37,379 nt of DNA from an uncultured Pseudomonadales bacterium (GTDB lineage Bacteria > Patescibacteriota > Microgenomatia > UBA1400 > CG1-02-47-37). Of the stretch, positions 1 to 8,785 are shown piece after piece. The DNA lies in contig CAZDQA010000003.1 in assembly GCA_964507605.1 (NCBI GenBank), positions 1-37,379 of the forward strand. Reading direction: 5' to 3'. Below the pieces are notes generated by a model that saw only the letters and a program-made list of their open reading frames with translations, had not been told where the DNA came from and ran no database searches. How positions within the stretch are numbered: the first letter of the stretch is position 1; each line of letters begins with the position of its first letter. A program made the position numbers and the translations under genes.

Positions 1-48
1 ATTTCGTCCTTGACAGGGACGCGTGTTAACCAACTACACTACGAGTCC
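1..48 (-). tRNA. tRNA-Asp(GUC), partial (3' portion lies off the left edge of the window)
   Basis: Reverse complement of 1-48 reads GGACTCG-TA-GTGT-AGTTGGTTA-ACAC-G-CGTCC-CTGTCAA-GGACG-AAAT. This gives the acceptor 5' arm, D arm GTGT/ACAC, anticodon stem CGTCC/GGACG and loop CU-GUC-AA. Confidence 0.8.
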
Positions 49-101
49 AACTGGTTTATGCTATACTGAAATCATTAAAAACTCAAGTAAAAGGAGACTT
101 T

Positions 102-689
102 ATGTCCTTACCAACAATTCTTTTAGTTATCGTTATTGCCGTCGGACTGTATGTTTTGTCTGTTTTTAACAAATTTAAAACCACCGATGTCCGGATTAAG
201 GCATCGATTCAGGAAATCGGAAATCAGCTAAAACGCCAAGCTGACTTGATTCCTAACTTAGTTGCCGCTGTTAAAGGTTATTTTAAACATGAGCAAACGG
301 CTTTAACCAAGATTACCGATGCCCGGACCAGCATTCTCTCGGCCTTAAAATCCGGCAGTTCCCAAAAATTGGTGGATGCCGCTTCGGCTGTAGCCTCAGC
401 GCTAGGGCCAGTCCGAGCAGTCTTTGAAAGCACGCCGGAACTGCAAGCCGCCGGTCCCACCAGACAGTTAATGGATGAGGTTCGTGATACTGCCGATAAA
501 TTAATGTATTCCCGGAGGACCCTGATCGATCTTTCCGCTGACTACAACACCATGATCGAAACAGTCCCTTCCAGCCTAATTGCCGGTCTGTTTAAATTTC
601 AGGCTAAGCCGGGCTTGAAGACCCCGGGAACCGGTAGCCACTTGGAAGTCAGCAGCGCGGACACCAAAACGCCTCAGGTCGATTTGTAA
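102..689 (+). CDS. lemA: LemA family membrane protein
   Basis: 195-aa ORF with an N-terminal TM helix followed by the LemA-like pattern (FNKF...V..A...I..QLKRQADLIPNLV..VKGY..HE...L..I..AR). A strong SD (AAGGAG) lies 7 nt upstream of the ATG. Confidence 0.85.
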   Translation: MSLPTILLVIVIAVGLYVLSVFNKFKTTDVRIKASIQEIGNQLKRQADLIPNLVAAVKGYFKHEQTALTKITDARTSILSALKSGSSQKLVDAASAVASALGPVRAVFESTPELQAAGPTRQLMDEVRDTADKLMYSRRTLIDLSADYNTMIETVPSSLIAGLFKFQAKPGLKTPGTGSHLEVSSADTKTPQVDL

Positions 690-690
690 T

Positions 691-1599
691 ATGCTCAATG
701 TTTACGAACAGGTAGACGCTAACAAGCGTAAAAGCTGGCTGGTGATGCTGTTTTTCACCATCTTTGTGGCTGGCTTTGCCTATGTTTTAGGTGAGGCTTC
801 CGGCTATGGCTTGTCCTGGGTTGGCATTGCCTTGGTTTTTTCCGGCTTAATGTCCTTTGCCTCTTATTACTATTCTGACAAGATTATCTTAACCCTGTCC
901 GGCGCCCGGGAAGCTGATCGGAAAAGAGACTTTAATTTTTATACCGTCGCCGAGAATCTGGCCATGGCCGCCGGCTTGCCCAAACCACGGCTTTATGTGA
1001 TCAACGACACTGCTCCCAATGCTTTTGCTACCGGCAGGGACCCGGAACACGCCGTTCTTTGCGCCACCACCGGACTACTGCAGAAACTGGACCGGACTGA
1101 ATTAGAAGGAGTAATTTCACACGAGCTTTCACACGTGGGTAATTATGATATGCGTTTAATGTCTATTGTCTCTGTTATGGTCGGTCTGGTCACTCTGCTG
1201 GCCGACTGGTTTTTGCGATCGACTTTATGGGGTCGGAATCGAGACAGCGATCGTAACAGCAATCAGGCCCAGCTGATTTTTTTTGCAGTTGGCATGATTT
1301 TAGCGTTACTTTCACCTTTAATTGCCCAACTGATTCAATTAGCTATTTCCCGGCGGCGGGAGTTTTTAGCTGATGCTTCAGCTGTAAAAATTACCCGTTT
1401 TCCTGATGGCTTAATCCGGGCTCTGCAAAAAATTTCCGCTGATAAAGAACCCTTGGAAGCAGCCAATAAAGCTACGGCTCATTTGTATATTGTCAATCCC
1501 TTACGCAACCGTCACGGCTCAATTGGCTGGTTTAGCGGTTTATTTAACACCCACCCGCCGATGGCTGAAAGAATTGCGGCTTTAAAAGCCATGAGTTAA
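691..1599 (+). CDS. htpX: M48 family zinc metalloprotease HtpX
   Basis: 302 aa with two N-terminal TM helices and the HExxH motif (HELSHVGNYD). The C-terminal motif THPPMAERIAAL is typical of HtpX. It starts 2 nt after the lemA stop, the common lemA-htpX pairing. Confidence 0.9.
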   Translation: MLNVYEQVDANKRKSWLVMLFFTIFVAGFAYVLGEASGYGLSWVGIALVFSGLMSFASYYYSDKIILTLSGAREADRKRDFNFYTVAENLAMAAGLPKPRLYVINDTAPNAFATGRDPEHAVLCATTGLLQKLDRTELEGVISHELSHVGNYDMRLMSIVSVMVGLVTLLADWFLRSTLWGRNRDSDRNSNQAQLIFFAVGMILALLSPLIAQLIQLAISRRREFLADASAVKITRFPDGLIRALQKISADKEPLEAANKATAHLYIVNPLRNRHGSIGWFSGLFNTHPPMAERIAALKAMS

Positions 1600-1616
1600 A
1601 AGGTAAACTAGTCTGT

Positions 1617-1907
1617 ATGAAAGTGGACGTTCAATATTTGGCCAAGATTCTACAAATGACGGTGAAACCAACTGAAGCCAAACAGCTGCAGGCTGGCTTT
1701 GCCAAAACGATTGAAACAGTTAAACTCTTGAATCAACTCGACACCACCAATATCAGCCCTAACTTCCAGGTCAGTGGTCTGACCAATATTTTCCGGGAAG
1801 ATAAAATCGACAAGAAAAGAATTCTCACCCAAGCCCAGGCTTTAGCCAATGCCCAACATACTTATCAAGGCTACTTTGTCGTACCGGCCATTCTACATGA
1901 AACTTAA
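1617..1907 (+). CDS. gatC: Asp/Glu-tRNA amidotransferase subunit C
   Basis: 96-aa ORF directly upstream of and overlapping gatA. Size and position fit GatC, and the C-terminal FREDK...P is GatC-like. Confidence 0.8.
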   Translation: MKVDVQYLAKILQMTVKPTEAKQLQAGFAKTIETVKLLNQLDTTNISPNFQVSGLTNIFREDKIDKKRILTQAQALANAQHTYQGYFVVPAILHET

Positions 1908-3309
1908 TCAATTAAATCTCCACCAAGCTTTAGACGGCTTAAAGAACCAGCTCTTTTCTTCAAAAGAGTTAGTGAAAGCCTGCTTAGACCAAATTCAAGC
2001 CAAAGATAAGTATCTTCATGCTTTTTTAACTTTAAATGAAGCTGCTTTTGAACAGGCTCAAGCTGCTGATCAGGATAAAGCCGATAAACCTTTAAAAGGC
2101 ATTCCTTATGCTTTGAAAGATAACTTTTTAACTGCCGGGATCCGAACGACCGCTTCTGCCAAACTTCTGGATCAGTTTATCCCGCCTTATGAGTCAACCG
2201 TCTCTGCCCGGTTAAAAGCCGCCGGAGCAATCTGCTTGGGTAAAACCAACATGGATGCCTGGGCGCACGGCTCCTCGACCGAAACTTCCGATTATGGCCC
2301 GACTCATAATCCCTGGAACTTAAATTACTTGCCCGGCGGTTCTTCCGGCGGTTCAGCCGCCGCCGTCAGCGCGGACATGTGCACTTTTGCTATTGGCTCG
2401 GAAACTGCCGGTTCAATTCGCCAGCCGTCAGCCTGGTGCGGTATTACCGGCTTTAAACCCAGTTACGGTCGGGTTTCCCGCTATGGTTTGATTGCCATGA
2501 CTTCCTCGACCGACTCGCCCGGACCGATTACCAAAAACGTTTACGATGCCGCTTTAATTACCCAAGTGATTGCCGGCCGCGACCCTTATGATGCCACAAC
2601 CTCGCCTTTAGCGGTAGATATTAATGCCGCCAGCCTGCAAGGAACATCCTTGAAGGGTAAAAAAATTGCCGTTCCTAAAGAATACCTAGCCAATATTTCT
2701 CCTCAGGTAAAACAGTTAATTGAAACAGCTATTCAACAGTTAATTAAACTGGGAGCGGAACTGAAACCAATCACTTTGCTCGACCCCCAATACTCAATCG
2801 GGGTCTACACCATTGTCCAGCGCGCCGAAGTTTCTTCCAATCTGGCCCGCTTTGACGGTGTCCGCTATGGCCAAGACCGCTCGGCTTTTTCCCATGAAGC
2901 CAAGAACCGCTGTTTACTGGGCACTTACGCTCTTTCTTCCCGTTATCATGGCGCTGGCGAGTACTATAACCAAGCGCAAAAGGTGCGGGCTTTGATTGTT
3001 AAAGATTTTGCCAAATTATTTAAATCTTTTGATCTTTATTTAGGTCCCACCTCGCCGGGCCCGGCTTTAAAATTAGGCGCCAGCCAGGATAATCCGATGT
3101 TTGGCGAAATAGAAGACAGGCTGGTCGAAGCGGCCGCTATTGCCGGCTTAACCGGTATCAGTATTCCCTGCGGTTTGGTTAATGGTTTGCCGATTGGTCT
3201 GCAGTTAACCGGTCCTCAATTTTCTGAACAAAAAGTTTTAATTGCCGCCCATGCTTATCAAAAAGCAACTGATCATCATTTACTCAAACCAAATTTAAAC
3301 TATGACTAA
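1897..3309 (+). CDS. gatA: Asp/Glu-tRNA amidotransferase subunit A (amidase family)
   Basis: Amidase signature GGSSGGSAAAV and KDNF...G..TTA.S. I place the start at the internal Met (MKLNQLN..., 1897), which overlaps the gatC stop by 11 nt. The upstream 16 codons of the tracked ORF (1849) lie inside gatC. Confidence 0.9.
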   Translation: MKLNQLNLHQALDGLKNQLFSSKELVKACLDQIQAKDKYLHAFLTLNEAAFEQAQAADQDKADKPLKGIPYALKDNFLTAGIRTTASAKLLDQFIPPYESTVSARLKAAGAICLGKTNMDAWAHGSSTETSDYGPTHNPWNLNYLPGGSSGGSAAAVSADMCTFAIGSETAGSIRQPSAWCGITGFKPSYGRVSRYGLIAMTSSTDSPGPITKNVYDAALITQVIAGRDPYDATTSPLAVDINAASLQGTSLKGKKIAVPKEYLANISPQVKQLIETAIQQLIKLGAELKPITLLDPQYSIGVYTIVQRAEVSSNLARFDGVRYGQDRSAFSHEAKNRCLLGTYALSSRYHGAGEYYNQAQKVRALIVKDFAKLFKSFDLYLGPTSPGPALKLGASQDNPMFGEIEDRLVEAAAIAGLTGISIPCGLVNGLPIGLQLTGPQFSEQKVLIAAHAYQKATDHHLLKPNLNYD

Positions 3310-4621
3310 GCTATATCCGACTATCGGTCTGGAAATTCATGTTGAATTAAAGACTAAATCCAAGATGTTTTGTGGTTGTCCGGCTGAACATTTCCAGGTT
3401 AAACCCAACACTCATACCTGCCCGGTTTGTTTAGGTTTGCCCGGGGCTCTGCCTGTACCTAATCAAAAGGCGGTTGATTGGACTATTCTGACCGGCTTGG
3501 CTTTAAACTGCCGCATTAATCAGGAATCTACCTTTGACCGCAAGCACTACTTCTATCCTGATCTCCCCAAAGGCTTTCAGATTTCCCAGTTTGACGATCC
3601 TTTTTGTCAGCAGGGCTTTATCCAACTGGACTCCGGCAAAAAGATTCTCATTAACCGGGTCCACCTGGAAGAAGACACAGCCAAACTGATTCATAAGAAG
3701 ATCAAGGACAAAGATGTCACCTTAGTGGACTTTAACCGTTCCGGCGTGGCTTTAATGGAAATCGTTACCGAGCCTGATGTCGCTTCCGGAAATGAAGCCA
3801 AAGAATTTTTAAAGAAATTAAGGGACATACTCCGCCGTCTCCAGGTTTCTGACTGTGACATGGAAAAAGGTTCGATGAGGTTGGAAGCCAACATTTCTTT
3901 AACTTCTGACCCAAAACACTTGGCTGATTACAAAATCGAAGTGAAAAACTTAAACTCTTTTCGCTTTGTTGATCAGGCCATTAACTTTGAAATTGAGCGC
4001 CAAACTGTCCTCTTAAAGCAGGGGATTACTCCGGTCCAGGAAACCCGAGGCTATGATGATCTGAAAAAGCAGACCTTTTCCCAACGGATTAAAGAGGCGG
4101 CTGGGGACTACCGCTATTTTCCCGAACCGGATATCCCGCCGATCGCCTTGACAAAAGAATATGTTGAAAATTTAAGAAAGCTTCTGCCAAAATTGCCGGA
4201 AGCAGAAATAAATGAGTTGATTCAGCATTTTCACTTGAACATTTCCACGGCTCAATTATTGGTAAAAGACGCGGTAAAACTGGCTTATTTTAATAAATAC
4301 GTAAATAAAATCGAGCCGCAGACTTTAGCCAATTTAATTATCAACAAAAAGATTGATCTTGATAAACCGCCGCGGCTGAAAACTACTACTCAAACGCTTA
4401 ATCCCAAAATAATTGCTCAGGTCTTAAAAGAAAATGCGGATGTTGTCGCTAAATACAAGGCCGGCAAAACCTCGGTCATCGGCTTTCTCGTCGGCCAGGT
4501 AATGAAGCAGACACACGGCAAAGTTGACCCCCGCCAAGCCAAAGATCTTTTGTTGCAAGCCGTCAAGGTCCTCAACCTGCGAGGTCGGACCTCGCAGGGC
4601 TATTCTTCAAAATCTAAGTGA
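3302..4621 (+). CDS. gatB: Asp/Glu-tRNA amidotransferase subunit B; last ~15 codons run through a REP palindrome
   Basis: N-terminus PTIGLEIHVELKTKSKMFCGC and a C-terminal GatB/YqeY-like VIGFLVGQVMKQTHGKVDP. It overlaps the gatA stop (ATGACTAA). The tail NLRGRTSQGYSSKSK is encoded by the palindrome at 4576-4598 plus the antisense of the RAYT1 3' end. Confidence 0.9.
   Translation: MTKLYPTIGLEIHVELKTKSKMFCGCPAEHFQVKPNTHTCPVCLGLPGALPVPNQKAVDWTILTGLALNCRINQESTFDRKHYFYPDLPKGFQISQFDDPFCQQGFIQLDSGKKILINRVHLEEDTAKLIHKKIKDKDVTLVDFNRSGVALMEIVTEPDVASGNEAKEFLKKLRDILRRLQVSDCDMEKGSMRLEANISLTSDPKHLADYKIEVKNLNSFRFVDQAINFEIERQTVLLKQGITPVQETRGYDDLKKQTFSQRIKEAAGDYRYFPEPDIPPIALTKEYVENLRKLLPKLPEAEINELIQHFHLNISTAQLLVKDAVKLAYFNKYVNKIEPQTLANLIINKKIDLDKPPRLKTTTQTLNPKIIAQVLKENADVVAKYKAGKTSVIGFLVGQVMKQTHGKVDPRQAKDLLLQAVKVLNLRGRTSQGYSSKSK
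4576..4598. repeat. REP-like 23-nt palindrome, type 1, copy a (stop-proximal flank of RAYT1)
   Basis: CCTGCGAGGTC-G-GACCTCGCAGG, perfect 11-bp arms around one central base. It ends 1 nt before the RAYT1 stop codon (4600-4602) and lies inside the gatB 3' end. Confidence 0.9.
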
Positions 4622-5250
4622 ATTTCTTTAATTCTTAAAATATCAGTTTCGTCAACTTCCTCAACAAATTGTCGGTAAGATAATTGCTGATTTGTTTTAG
4701 AAAACAAACTCAAAATTTCTTCTGATTTCACCCAGGATTGATCGAATAACCTCAGATAATTTTGATAACTTGAGTACTTATAGCCTGCGAGGTCCGACCT
4801 CGCAGGCAAAATTGCTAATGGGTTGCGGTGGATATACTTTGATAAGTAGGTAAATTGCTCTTCGCTGGTTACCGCCACTGCCTTTAATTTTCCTTGAAAG
4901 ATTGGACCAACTCTTTTATATTTTGTATTAAAATATCGGGAATACTTGGACATCAAAGATCTCATAAAACTAGTAATAGATGTTAGTTTATCTTGGTAAA
5001 GCAAGAAGTGAAAATGGTTCGGCATCAAACAGTAAGATAATAAAACTACATCAGCAAAAAAATTATTTAGTTGTTTAGAAGGAGAAATAGATTTATCTAC
5101 AACTATGGGAGTTAAATAAAATTTTAAATAACTCAGAAAGGTTTTGTAATCTTTTTCATCAAAAAAAATATTCTCTTTGGCAACGCCGCGATTATAAAGA
5201 TGATAATAGCTTTGTGGAGAATACTCTTTTACTACATTTTTGCTGGGCAT
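4600..5250 (-). CDS. REP-associated tyrosine transposase-like protein (HUH/Y1, IS200-like fold), paralog 1
   Basis: 216 aa. HUH motif in CLMPNHFHFLL and catalytic-Tyr motif YIHRNP, followed by YKYSSY. It is flanked on both sides by the same palindrome. Clear paralog of 22642-23301. Confidence 0.85.
   Translation of the reverse strand: MPSKNVVKEYSPQSYYHLYNRGVAKENIFFDEKDYKTFLSYLKFYLTPIVVDKSISPSKQLNNFFADVVLLSYCLMPNHFHFLLYQDKLTSITSFMRSLMSKYSRYFNTKYKRVGPIFQGKLKAVAVTSEEQFTYLSKYIHRNPLAILPARSDLAGYKYSSYQNYLRLFDQSWVKSEEILSLFSKTNQQLSYRQFVEEVDETDILRIKEIHLDFEE
4784..4806. repeat. REP-like palindrome, type 1, copy b (inside the RAYT1 coding sequence, in frame)
   Basis: CCTGCGAGGTC-C-GACCTCGCAGG. The central base is complementary to that of copies a and c, so the orientation is opposite. 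On the coding strand it reads cct gcg agg tcg gac ctc gca gg = PARSDLAG. Confidence 0.9.
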
Positions 5251-5257
5251 TAAATAT

Positions 5258-5263
5258 ATTATA
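5258..5263 (-). promoter_or_regulatory. Candidate -10 box (TATAAT) for RAYT1, 7 nt upstream of its ATG
   Basis: The minus strand reads ...CCTCACAGG-G-TATAAT-ATATTTA-ATG. The palindrome occupies the spacer/-35 region. No SD is present. Confidence 0.45.
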
Positions 5264-5264
5264 C

Positions 5265-5287
5265 CCTGTGAGGTCGGACCTCGCAGG
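5265..5287. repeat. REP-like palindrome, type 1, copy c (start-proximal flank of RAYT1), one mismatch
   Basis: CCTGTGAGGTC-G-GACCTCGCAGG. One transition (C>T at 5269) turns one stem pair into G.T. Confidence 0.9.
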
Positions 5288-5300
5288 CTGATGATTGCGG

Positions 5301-5329
5301 TTGAAAACCAGTCCTAAAAAAAATATGAT
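5301..5329 (+). promoter_or_regulatory. Candidate sigma70-type promoter of dnaE (TTGAAA-17-TATGAT), leaderless geometry
   Basis: TTGAAA at 5301-5306, a 17-nt spacer, TATGAT at 5324-5329, then 6 nt to the ATG at 5336. No SD is present. Confidence 0.5.
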
Positions 5330-5335
5330 AAATTA

Positions 5336-8300
5336 ATGACTGAATTTGTTCATTTGCACGTTCATACCCAGTACTCTCTTCTTGACGGCTTATCTAAAAT
5401 CGATGAACTTCTGCTTAAAGCTAAAGCCCTGAAAATGAAGGCTATGGCCATCACTGATCATGGGGTAATGTACGCCGCGGTTAAGTTTCACAATGCCGCC
5501 AAAAAACTGGGGATTAAACCGATTATCGGCATGGAAGGCTATTTAACTACCCTTGACTGCCACGAAAAATCTCCCGGCTCGCAAAAACAAACCTACCATC
5601 AGGTCCTTTTGGCAAAAAACTTCATTGGCTACCAGAACTTAATGCGCTTAACCACCTATGCTAACTTGGAAGGTTATTACTATAAACCCCGTTTTGATTT
5701 TAAAGCCTTAGAAATGTATCACGAAGGTCTTATTCTCACTACTGCCTGTCTGCAGGGTTTGATCCCACAGATGATTCTGCAAAATAATGATCAGCAAGCC
5801 TTGGAATACTGCCGTTGGTTTCAAAAACTATTTAAAGACGATTTTTACCTGGAACTGCAGGTCCACCAGGGCCTGCCGGAACTGGAAAAAATTAATCAGA
5901 AATTAGTCGAGTTTTCCGGGAAATTAGGTATTCCCTTAGTGGCTACCAATGACCTGCATTATGTTAACAAAGACGATGCCAAAGCCCAGGATGCTTTGCT
6001 GGCGATTCAGACTAAAACTGTTCTGTCTGATAAAGACCGGCTGTCGATGATCGATTCACCGGACTATTACTTAAAATCCGCAGAAGAAATGACCCAACTT
6101 TTCCCTCAGCACCCGGAAGCGATTAAAAATACGGTTAAGATTGCTGACAAATGCAATGTCACCATCCCGACCGGCAAGTGGATCTTGCCTGCCTTTGCTC
6201 TGCCCAAAGGCTTTACTAATTCAGAAAAATATCTGCGGGATTTGTCCCAAAAAGGCTTGATTTACCGTTTTTCTAAAATTACTCCCGAACTCCAGAAACG
6301 CTTGGATTACGAGTTGAAAATTATCTGCTCCAAAGGTTTTGCCACTTATTTTTTAATTGTTCAGGACTTTGTCAACTGGGCAAAACAGCATCGCATTCGC
6401 GTTGGCCCAGGCCGGGGCAGTGTCGCCGGCTCGCTGGTAGCTTATGCTTTGCGTATTACTACCATTGACCCGATCGAGCATAATATTCCTTTTGAAAGAT
6501 TTATGAATGAAGAGCGGCCGTCGCCGCCGGACATTGATCTGGATTTTGCTGATGACCGCCGCGACGAGGTCATCGAATATGTGGCTAACAAATACGGGAA
6601 AGATAAAGTTGCCCAGATTATTACTTTCGGCACTATGGAAGCCAGGGGCGCTATCCGGGATATTGGCCGGGTTTTAGGTATGCCTTATTCTGAGCCGGAC
6701 AAAATTTCTAAACTGATCCCGGTTGGCTTTAGTCTTGAAGAAGCCCTGGTTAATGTACCGGAACTGCAAACCTACTACCACCAGCCTGAGTTTAAAGAAC
6801 TGATTAATTTAGCCAAAAAAGTTGAAGGCACTGCCCGTCATGCTTCGACTCATGCGGCAGGCGTGGTGATCGGCGATAAGCCTTTAACCGATTACACTCC
6901 CTTGCAGATTGAAAATAAAAACAACCGTATCATGACCCAATATGACATGTACTCGCTCGACTGCAACATTGATCAGGATGCTATCGGTTTATTGAAAATC
7001 GACTTGCTCGGTTTGAGAAATCTCACCATTCTGCAAAATGCCATTAACTTTGTCCAGGAGCAAAAACATTTGAAGGTGGACATGTCTGAACTGCCTTTAG
7101 ATGATCCTCTGGTTTATCAGCAGTTAAGCCAGGGCAATAACATCGGCGTTTTCCAACTGGAGTCCGGCGGTATGCGCAGTGTGGCCAAAAAACTTCAACC
7201 CTCCCGTTTTTCCGATATTACCGCTATGGTGGCTTTGTACCGGCCCGGCCCTATGGACCTGATTGATGACTTTATTGCCGGTAAAAAAAATCCCTCTTCA
7301 ATCAAGTATCCCCACCCGGACTTAAAACCGGTATTGGCAGAAACTTACGGAATTGCTGTTTACCAGGAACAGGCTCTGCAAATTGCCAACGTTATGGCTG
7401 GCTACAGCCTAGCTGAAGCCGATCTTCTCCGCCGGGCGATCGGTAAGAAAAAGCATGCACTCATGGCTAAAGAAAAATTCAAATTTATTCAGCAATCGCG
7501 GGCCAAAGGCTATACCAAAGAGATTGCCGAGCGGGTTTGGGGCTATATTGAAAAATTTGTCGGCTATGGCTTTAACAAAGCCCACGCCACTGCTTATGCC
7601 ATGATCGCTTACCAAACCGCCTACATGAAAGCTCATTATCCGGTGGAATTTATGGCCGCTTTATTGACCGCGGAAACCAGCAACAAAGATAAAGTTCCCT
7701 TGGCGGTGGCCGAAGCCAAAAGAATGAAAATTAAAGTTTGCCCCCCTGACATCAACCTTTCCTGCACCAACTTCACCATTATTAAAGATAAAACCTCCCT
7801 TAATCAGCAGGCGATTTTGTTTGGCTTATCGGCGATTAAAAATGTTGGTGAAGCGGCCATTGACGCGATTATCCAAGCCCGGAAAACTAATAAATTTTCT
7901 TCCTTAACTGATTTTTGCCAGCGGGTGGACAACCAAAAAGCTAATAAAAAAGTTCTGGAGAGCCTAATCCAAGTTGGCTGCTTCGATGCTTTTGCCAAAA
8001 GAAGCCAGCTGATGCTGTCAATGGAAAAGATCCGCCAAAACGCCGCCGAGACTCAAAAAAATAACAACAGTCCCCAAGTCTCCCTTTTCTCCGCTGAAGA
8101 GAACAAAAAAAACGAGGCCGTGGACAAGCTGACCGATACCGAAGAATTCAGCAAGCTGGACCTGTTAAACTTTGAAAAACAACTGCTGGGTTTTTATTTG
8201 ACTGAGCATCCTTTAGCCCAGTCAATGGATAAAATCAAACAGTTAACCTCTCATCAGATCGCTGAACTGGACCCGCAAACCCACAATAACCAGACGGTGA

Positions 8301-8785
8301 CCGTCGGCGGCATTATTAAAGGCCTGAAAATTATTATTACTAAAAAAGGCAACCGGGAAATGGCTTTTGCCAATTTAGATGATAACACCGGTACCATTGA
8401 ACTGGTTATTTTCCCCAAATTATTTGCGGCTACTAAATCGCTTTGGGGTAATGACCAGCCGATTTTAGTCAGCGGCAAACTTGATTTCCGGGACAGATTA
8501 AGCCTGATTGTTGATTCTGCTGCTAACCCGACTGCTCAACTGCAAGTTAAATCCCGCCGCATCACTCTCACTATTAAACAAACTACACCCAAAGAAGTCT
8601 TAGTTAAACTTAATCAGTTGTTTCAGTCTAATCAGGGCCAGGATACGGTGACTTTGAATCTGGTTAACGGCGAGCAACCCAAAGAAATTACCTTGCCGTA
8701 TTCAATTGATTTTTCCAATATCAAAACCAAGGTTGAGAAGATTTTACTGCCCTATGGTGGTATAATACTCTATGCCGAAAACTAA
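5336..8785 (+). CDS. dnaE: DNA polymerase III subunit alpha
   Basis: 1149 aa. N-terminal PHP domain FVHLHVHTQYSLLDG, polymerase core (GPGRGSVAGSLVAY, PDIDLDF) and a C-terminal OB-fold region. Confidence 0.95.
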   Translation: MTEFVHLHVHTQYSLLDGLSKIDELLLKAKALKMKAMAITDHGVMYAAVKFHNAAKKLGIKPIIGMEGYLTTLDCHEKSPGSQKQTYHQVLLAKNFIGYQNLMRLTTYANLEGYYYKPRFDFKALEMYHEGLILTTACLQGLIPQMILQNNDQQALEYCRWFQKLFKDDFYLELQVHQGLPELEKINQKLVEFSGKLGIPLVATNDLHYVNKDDAKAQDALLAIQTKTVLSDKDRLSMIDSPDYYLKSAEEMTQLFPQHPEAIKNTVKIADKCNVTIPTGKWILPAFALPKGFTNSEKYLRDLSQKGLIYRFSKITPELQKRLDYELKIICSKGFATYFLIVQDFVNWAKQHRIRVGPGRGSVAGSLVAYALRITTIDPIEHNIPFERFMNEERPSPPDIDLDFADDRRDEVIEYVANKYGKDKVAQIITFGTMEARGAIRDIGRVLGMPYSEPDKISKLIPVGFSLEEALVNVPELQTYYHQPEFKELINLAKKVEGTARHASTHAAGVVIGDKPLTDYTPLQIENKNNRIMTQYDMYSLDCNIDQDAIGLLKIDLLGLRNLTILQNAINFVQEQKHLKVDMSELPLDDPLVYQQLSQGNNIGVFQLESGGMRSVAKKLQPSRFSDITAMVALYRPGPMDLIDDFIAGKKNPSSIKYPHPDLKPVLAETYGIAVYQEQALQIANVMAGYSLAEADLLRRAIGKKKHALMAKEKFKFIQQSRAKGYTKEIAERVWGYIEKFVGYGFNKAHATAYAMIAYQTAYMKAHYPVEFMAALLTAETSNKDKVPLAVAEAKRMKIKVCPPDINLSCTNFTIIKDKTSLNQQAILFGLSAIKNVGEAAIDAIIQARKTNKFSSLTDFCQRVDNQKANKKVLESLIQVGCFDAFAKRSQLMLSMEKIRQNAAETQKNNNSPQVSLFSAEENKKNEAVDKLTDTEEFSKLDLLNFEKQLLGFYLTEHPLAQSMDKIKQLTSHQIAELDPQTHNNQTVTVGGIIKGLKIIITKKGNREMAFANLDDNTGTIELVIFPKLFAATKSLWGNDQPILVSGKLDFRDRLSLIVDSAANPTAQLQVKSRRITLTIKQTTPKEVLVKLNQLFQSNQGQDTVTLNLVNGEQPKEITLPYSIDFSNIKTKVEKILLPYGGIILYAEN

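Larger units (their letters stand above)
4576..5287 (-). mobile_element. REP-RAYT-REP cassette 1 (about 0.7 kb)
   Basis: An HUH/Y1 gene bracketed by two same-orientation copies of a 23-nt palindrome, plus one inverted internal copy. It is inserted between gatB and dnaE. Confidence 0.7.

Noticed and set aside
3298-3308. An identical 10-nt coupling junction CTATGACTAA at gatA/gatB (3299-3308) and atpH/atpA (14890-14899). Both upstream proteins end in YD* and both downstream proteins start with MT.
   Set aside because: It is short, and the standard ATG-N-TAA overlap used for translational coupling explains it. I see no extended similarity around the junctions.
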